Shown here one piece after another: positions 59,559-64,000 of a stretch of DNA of 64,000 bases. Within the stretch, counting starts at the first letter, position 1; every line of letters begins with the position of its first letter. The DNA comes from Nitrososphaeraceae archaeon (lineage in GTDB: Archaea; Thermoproteota; Nitrososphaeria; Nitrososphaerales; Nitrososphaeraceae): assembly GCA_035250975.1 (NCBI GenBank), contig DATFEP010000061.1, forward strand, positions 96,001-160,000, written 5' to 3'. Both the position numbers and the translations under genes were made by a program. The notes below the pieces were generated by a model. That model did no database searches. It had not been told where the DNA came from and worked only from the letters and a program-made list of their open reading frames with translations.

Positions 59559-60536
59559 TTAAAAAAGTTTATGCTTTGATAATTTCTTTGCTTTTATAAA
59601 ATCTACAAAATAGTATAGATATACTCTCTCATTAATTTTTAATATCCATGGAATAAAAGATTCCTTTTTCTGATTAGATTCATTTATTTCAAATCCACAT
59701 TCTTCTATTAATTCTCTGAATGATCTTGCTTCATATTTTTTTTCAATTTCTTTGCCTCTGTTATAATCATATGGATCTGTAAAAATGACATCACTATGGG
59801 GTTTTAATAATTTATGAACTGATAATAATAATTCCTTTGGGTTTACCAATTCTATTAAATTCATTGCCAATATCAGGTCAAATTTCATATTATGAAAAGG
59901 GAGAGAACTTACATCACAGACACAAAATTCGGCATTACCTTGTATATCTTCCTGCATCAATTTACGAGCTTCTTTTATAAACGAGAACGAAAGATCTACT
60001 CCTATGACAAATGAATATTTTTTTGCTAGCTTGAGTGTAGTTTTTCCCATCGCACATCCAAGATCTAGAGCTATTCCATCAAGTTTTGGATTTATATTAC
60101 TAATTACACGATCGTATAGCTCATTTGGATTTATGTTCCATCTTAACGATTTAATTAATCTATCCTCGTCATGTTTTTCTAGTTGGAGCCACTTATATGG
60201 CGAGTACCATATTCCACCATCTTCGTATATGTTACTTCCAATTGGACTAGATAAAGATTCTACAGCGTTTCTCAAAAAATCCTTCATTTCGTTTGTTTGA
60301 CATTCTAATAACCATTTCCCATACATTTCAGTACGATTTTGAATATAATTTGGAAAATTCTTTAGAATTATTGCAACCCCTTCTATTATGGGGTATTTGG
60401 AATTACAATCTGGACATATTAAAAAACCTTCAATACACTCTTTTCCCTCATTATCTATTAGATTTTCTATCTGCAATCTGATTTGTTTATCTAAATGATT
60501 TATACATATTAGGTGATTTGCGAAAAGTCTCTTCAA
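59559..60536 (-). CDS. Class I SAM methyltransferase with N-terminal Trm112-like domain
   Basis: LICINH...EGFLICPDCNSKYPIIEGVAII (Trm112-like), LDLGCAMG, GVDLS, CDVSSLPF. Confidence 0.8.
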   Translation of the reverse strand: MKRLFANHLICINHLDKQIRLQIENLIDNEGKECIEGFLICPDCNSKYPIIEGVAIILKNFPNYIQNRTEMYGKWLLECQTNEMKDFLRNAVESLSSPIGSNIYEDGGIWYSPYKWLQLEKHDEDRLIKSLRWNINPNELYDRVISNINPKLDGIALDLGCAMGKTTLKLAKKYSFVIGVDLSFSFIKEARKLMQEDIQGNAEFCVCDVSSLPFHNMKFDLILAMNLIELVNPKELLLSVHKLLKPHSDVIFTDPYDYNRGKEIEKKYEARSFRELIEECGFEINESNQKKESFIPWILKINERVYLYYFVDFIKAKKLSKHKLF

Positions 60537-60672
60537 TCTTCTGTCTAAGTAGTAATTATTTGAGAAAAATATAATTCTATGTTATTAGAAAAATATGAAG
60601 AAAAATAATATCAGATTGTAATAAAAAATGGAAAAATTAAATTTACTATAAAGTAAATTTAGCTATTTTTTT

Positions 60673-62007
60673 TTATGATACTACTACTATTCCTCTTGAT
60701 ATTCCATTCCTCGTTTCATCGGCTGCTAAAATATCTGGAAAGGTTATTCCTTTGATGTTCAATTCTATCTGGTAAATTCCTTTTGATGGAAATTTAATCA
60801 TCTGTGAATCTGATGCGTTCTTTGCAATTAGATTTTCTTTTTTAATAATTTGATTTCCCTTTTGATCATAAAAAGTTAGGTCATATTTTATGTCTCCCTT
60901 AATCGCTGAATCTACCAGTGCATCAGAAAAGGTTAATTTTAATGCATTATCTTGATTTGATAATACTTCAGTAGGCCATTCAAATCTTGTTAGTATTCCT
61001 CCCCTGTCTGATACAATCTCTGGTGTTGTTTCGACAATTTTTTCTTTAGCTGGCGATAAATTAAATGTCATTGTTTTTAAACCTTGGTTTTGAAGAGATT
61101 CTGCTAGCCTCAAAATATCCGCTTTGTTCAAAAGGAAGTGTAATATTAAGTTCTTTTCCTCTGTGAATGGGTCAATAGCAATGGCCCTTCCAGTCAAAGG
61201 ATTACCATTTACTAATGCATGGAAAGAAGTACTATTTCCAAATTCATTAAATACTTTAGGTATCTTGACTTCCTCATGTACGAAAATATTTTGTTCTTGG
61301 ATTCTCTTGAGATCCCAATTAAAAGGCATTACCCATGAAATATCTTTCTTTGGTGAATCATAAGTAAAATTCTGTATTTGATCATAATAAGATATTATGG
61401 AAATATTGTAGTTCTTGTCACTTTCCTTAATATTGTCCTTATAGATGTCGCCGACACTTAGGTAAGAGTCAAACCTAGGCGCAGTTTCAGGAGTGAAAAT
61501 ATTTCTATCGTTATCTATTCCAAATATTTCTATTGCAAAGTGATATAATCCTCCTTCCAACAATATGGGGCCGCTTACAGAGATATCTCCGGTTTCACTT
61601 GTCCAACCGCCAAGAAAAGGTTCTGTTGAACCAAATATATTTATAAAATTCCCTTCTTGTGGGTTTATTTTTAGCTTTAAAGGTCCTTGATGTGAGTGAA
61701 ACAGGTCCCTCATTATCAATTTTCCATCTTTTTCTACAGAAATAAAATACGATATATGTTCTATGTTTTTGTCAGTCTTCGCGTCAAATAATTTTAATTC
61801 AAAAAAAGCATTTCCCTTGCTTTCAGATGTTAGAATAGGTGGACTGATTTTTGTATATAAACTTGCTTCCCTGTCTCCGACCGATGCAGGAGGTAATTTT
61901 TCTTCGAATAGCCCATCTGCAACAACACTCTGAATAGGACTGAACATAAAAAATACAACTGCAAATAAAACTGATAATAACTCGACATAAATAACAAAAT
62001 TTAACAT
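60673..62007 (-). CDS. Secreted beta-rich thaumarchaeal protein, function unknown
   Basis: Signal peptide ending VVA|DG, GPILLEGGLYHF, ISYYD, MPFNWD, VHEEV.IPK. Confidence 0.7.
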   Translation of the reverse strand: MLNFVIYVELLSVLFAVVFFMFSPIQSVVADGLFEEKLPPASVGDREASLYTKISPPILTSESKGNAFFELKLFDAKTDKNIEHISYFISVEKDGKLIMRDLFHSHQGPLKLKINPQEGNFINIFGSTEPFLGGWTSETGDISVSGPILLEGGLYHFAIEIFGIDNDRNIFTPETAPRFDSYLSVGDIYKDNIKESDKNYNISIISYYDQIQNFTYDSPKKDISWVMPFNWDLKRIQEQNIFVHEEVKIPKVFNEFGNSTSFHALVNGNPLTGRAIAIDPFTEEKNLILHFLLNKADILRLAESLQNQGLKTMTFNLSPAKEKIVETTPEIVSDRGGILTRFEWPTEVLSNQDNALKLTFSDALVDSAIKGDIKYDLTFYDQKGNQIIKKENLIAKNASDSQMIKFPSKGIYQIELNIKGITFPDILAADETRNGISRGIVVVS

Positions 62008-62061
62008 CTAAACGAGTGAATATTGTCTTAGTTTTTAAAAATCTTTCTTTTATAAACCCAT

Positions 62062-62778
62062 TTATTGAATAGATAAAAATTTTTCACATTCATAAATCAA
62101 TCTGGAAACCACAACATGTGCTTCTAACCTATATTTAGATATCGAATATATTTTATCGATCCTGTCAATAACTTCTTGGGAAAGATGTCCACTCTGAAAT
62201 CCTCCAATTACAAAAACGTAATGGGCATCCTCTTTTTTTAAGTTTTCAGTTAAAATGGTCTTGATATCTTGATATTTTCCAAATGTAGAAAAGCCTATAA
62301 TTTTGTCAGGTTTCACAATTTTTTCTACTAATTCACTAAAAGTCATATCCTTGACCTGTAATAGAATCTTGCTGTCGGAATTTGAGGATAATATCTCCTT
62401 CTCAAGGAATAACTTCATCATCAATCCTTCAAATCTTTTATAAGATTTTGGAATCCTTAAATTCTCCCCTATCAGGATTACTTTATTATCAATTGTGTGA
62501 ATATAAACTCCTACTAACCTATTATAAAATAAAGGCGTTGAAAGTATACATAATAAACATAAATGTACAATATCAGGACGTCCACGTTTCCATCTTGATT
62601 CAATTCCTCCCTTTTCCATAGCAGAATAGTGATAATTTATATCTAGCAAAATTTCTTTTACACGTCTTTTCATCTTTTTCGCATGATTTTTAACAACAAT
62701 AATATTTTGTAAGTTTTTTGGGATGGTTTCAATCGCTGCCTCGGCAATTATTATCGATAACCGCAATTTAATAATCAC
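62062..62778 (-). CDS. nep1: SSU rRNA pseudouridine N1-methyltransferase Nep1/EMG1
   Basis: LLDINYH, RGRPDIVH, YIHT, RIPKSYKRFEGLM, IGGFQSG (SPOUT). Confidence 0.93.
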   Translation of the reverse strand: MIIKLRLSIIIAEAAIETIPKNLQNIIVVKNHAKKMKRRVKEILLDINYHYSAMEKGGIESRWKRGRPDIVHLCLLCILSTPLFYNRLVGVYIHTIDNKVILIGENLRIPKSYKRFEGLMMKLFLEKEILSSNSDSKILLQVKDMTFSELVEKIVKPDKIIGFSTFGKYQDIKTILTENLKKEDAHYVFVIGGFQSGHLSQEVIDRIDKIYSISKYRLEAHVVVSRLIYECEKFLSIQ

Positions 62779-62893
62779 TAGTTGTATCTGTTTATAATTT
62801 GGTTGTGATTCGGTATAAAAAATTAAAATTATTTATTTTTTAATTGATTTTCTTACATTTCAAAGAAAGGTATTTTTATCTCAACAATTCAGT

Positions 62894-63205
62894 TTGATAC
62901 CTGGTTTGGTAAAAAGTGAGGCTAAATTAGTTGCATACGAACGGATATCTATATTAATCCACAGTGCTCTAAGTGAGAAACACCAAAATTATGAGCTAGC
63001 AAACAAACAAGCACAACTTGCAAAAAAAATTGCAAAAAGACTTAGATTAAAACTTCCATATAATCTTCGCCAATTTTATTGCAAGAAATGTAAAAATTTT
63101 ATTTCACCAGGTTACAATTCCAGAGTGCGAATAGGGCGATCTAATGTCAAAGCAATAAGAATTACTTGTCTAAAGTGTAACTATGTATACAGGAAATTAT
63201 TTTAA
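62894..63205 (+). CDS. rnp4: RNase P protein subunit Rpp21
   Basis: AYERI..L, FYCKKC..FISPG..SRVRI, ITCLKC. Confidence 0.92.
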   Translation: MIPGLVKSEAKLVAYERISILIHSALSEKHQNYELANKQAQLAKKIAKRLRLKLPYNLRQFYCKKCKNFISPGYNSRVRIGRSNVKAIRITCLKCNYVYRKLF

Positions 63206-63228
63206 CCCATTATGGACAGAGAATAAGG

Positions 63229-63236
63229 TTTTATAA
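63229..63236 (+). promoter_or_regulatory. Probable TATA box of rps19e (leaderless)
   Basis: TTTTATAA preceded by purine-rich GAGAATAAGG, 28 nt before ATG 63264. Confidence 0.55.
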
Positions 63237-63263
63237 GGGTTCTAGAGATATTCTGATGTTATA

Positions 63264-63716
63264 ATGGCTAAAGTTTATGATGTGCCAGCTGATAAATTTA
63301 TAGAAAAATTAGCTGGATATTTAAAAAATGATAAAAAAATTGAACCCCCGTCTTGGTCCTATTTTGTAAAAACTGGGCCTCATACTGAAAAAATTCCTCA
63401 AAATAAAGATTGGTGGTACACCAGATGTGCTTCTCTCTTAAGAAAGGTCTACATTCATGGGCCAGTTTCTGTAGCGGATCTCAAAGGTGTATACGGTGGG
63501 AAGAAACAAAGAGGATACAATTTGGCACATCACGTAGATGCTAGTGGTGGAATAATTCGTACTGGTTTAAAACAGCTTGAGAGTTCTGGTTACATAGTAA
63601 AAAAAGATAAGGGCAGAATAATTTCTGAAGATGGAATGAAGAGAGTGGATAGACTTGCAACTGAACTTCATAAAGAACTTCAAAAAGATTTTCCCGAGTT
63701 AGGCAGGTATTCCTGA
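63264..63716 (+). CDS. rps19e: 30S ribosomal protein S19e
   Basis: VYDVPA, PSWSYFVKTG, DWWYTRCASLLRKVY, GGIIRTGLKQLE. Confidence 0.97.
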   Translation: MAKVYDVPADKFIEKLAGYLKNDKKIEPPSWSYFVKTGPHTEKIPQNKDWWYTRCASLLRKVYIHGPVSVADLKGVYGGKKQRGYNLAHHVDASGGIIRTGLKQLESSGYIVKKDKGRIISEDGMKRVDRLATELHKELQKDFPELGRYS

Positions 63717-63728
63717 ACTTGATGAAAC

Positions 63729-64000
63729 ATGTCACTCCCACAAAATAATAATCCAAGCGAAGAAGAGCGTAAAAGAGAAGCAGAAGCAGAAGCAATGCGT
63801 CAAAAGGTTTTGACGGTACTTTTGGATGCATCTGCGAGACAAAGATTAGCTAATGTTAGGATGGTCAAACCGGAACTAGCAAATGCCGTTGAAAATTATC
63901 TGGTAAATGCGGCCTCCTCTGGTAGGTTAAATCGTGCATTGACTGATGACGAGCTAAAACAAATTTTATTGAGCATTCAAAGTCCCAAGAAAGATTTTAA
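63729..64000 (+). CDS. PDCD5-like DNA-binding protein (DUF122), truncated by window end
   Basis: Not in ORF track. MSLPQNN...LDASARQRLANVRMVKPELANAVENYLV...LTDDELKQIL; usual neighbour of rps19e. Confidence 0.9.
   Translation, partial: MSLPQNNNPSEEERKREAEAEAMRQKVLTVLLDASARQRLANVRMVKPELANAVENYLVNAASSGRLNRALTDDELKQILLSIQSPKKDF

Noticed and set aside
2778-62621. The many short ORFs antisense to or nested in long genes (e.g. 2778-3194, 15407-15805, 20268-20609, 36851-37204, 45583-45909, 52259-52585)
   Set aside because: They are shadow frames of well-supported genes and show no motifs.
63541-63831. 96-aa minus-strand ORF
   Set aside because: It is antisense to rps19e and the PDCD5-like gene.

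Overview
Strongly AT-rich chromosomal segment of an ammonia-oxidising archaeon (Nitrososphaerota/Thaumarchaeota, probably Nitrososphaeraceae; inferred from gene content and protein style). It is mostly core genome. Information processing: rpo12, SSB, RPA, TFB, SUI1, Lhr and XPB-like helicases, beta-CASP RNase, Tsr3, Nep1, Rpp21, S19e, ValRS, Cdc6. Cell division: CdvC/Vps4. Metabolism: the archaeal CoA operon (pok-pps-panB-coaBC), egsA, ahcY, purB, F420 genes cofD/cofC and 3HP/4HB-cycle-type enzymes. RNA genes are RNase P RNA and tRNA-Val(CAC). Several genes absent from the ORF track were read directly: a PHP-domain gene, rpo12, a small Zn-finger protein, two small membrane/secreted ORFs and a PDCD5-like gene. 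At least four long intergenic gaps contain heavily eroded IS relics (IS630, IS6, two IS5-type). No CRISPR array, rRNA, intact transposase or provirus was seen. The best leads are: (i) a QueD fused to a degenerate PD-(D/E)xK-like domain, divergent from a glutaminase-less AsnB-like ATP pyrophosphatase; (ii) an enoyl-CoA reductase with a partial CO2-binding signature next to a CitE-type CoA-ester lyase; (iii) a hyaluronan-synthase-like GT2 near a PHP/ATP-grasp pair; (iv) a candidate replication origin downstream of cdc6. All family assignments come from motif recognition by eye, not database searches.
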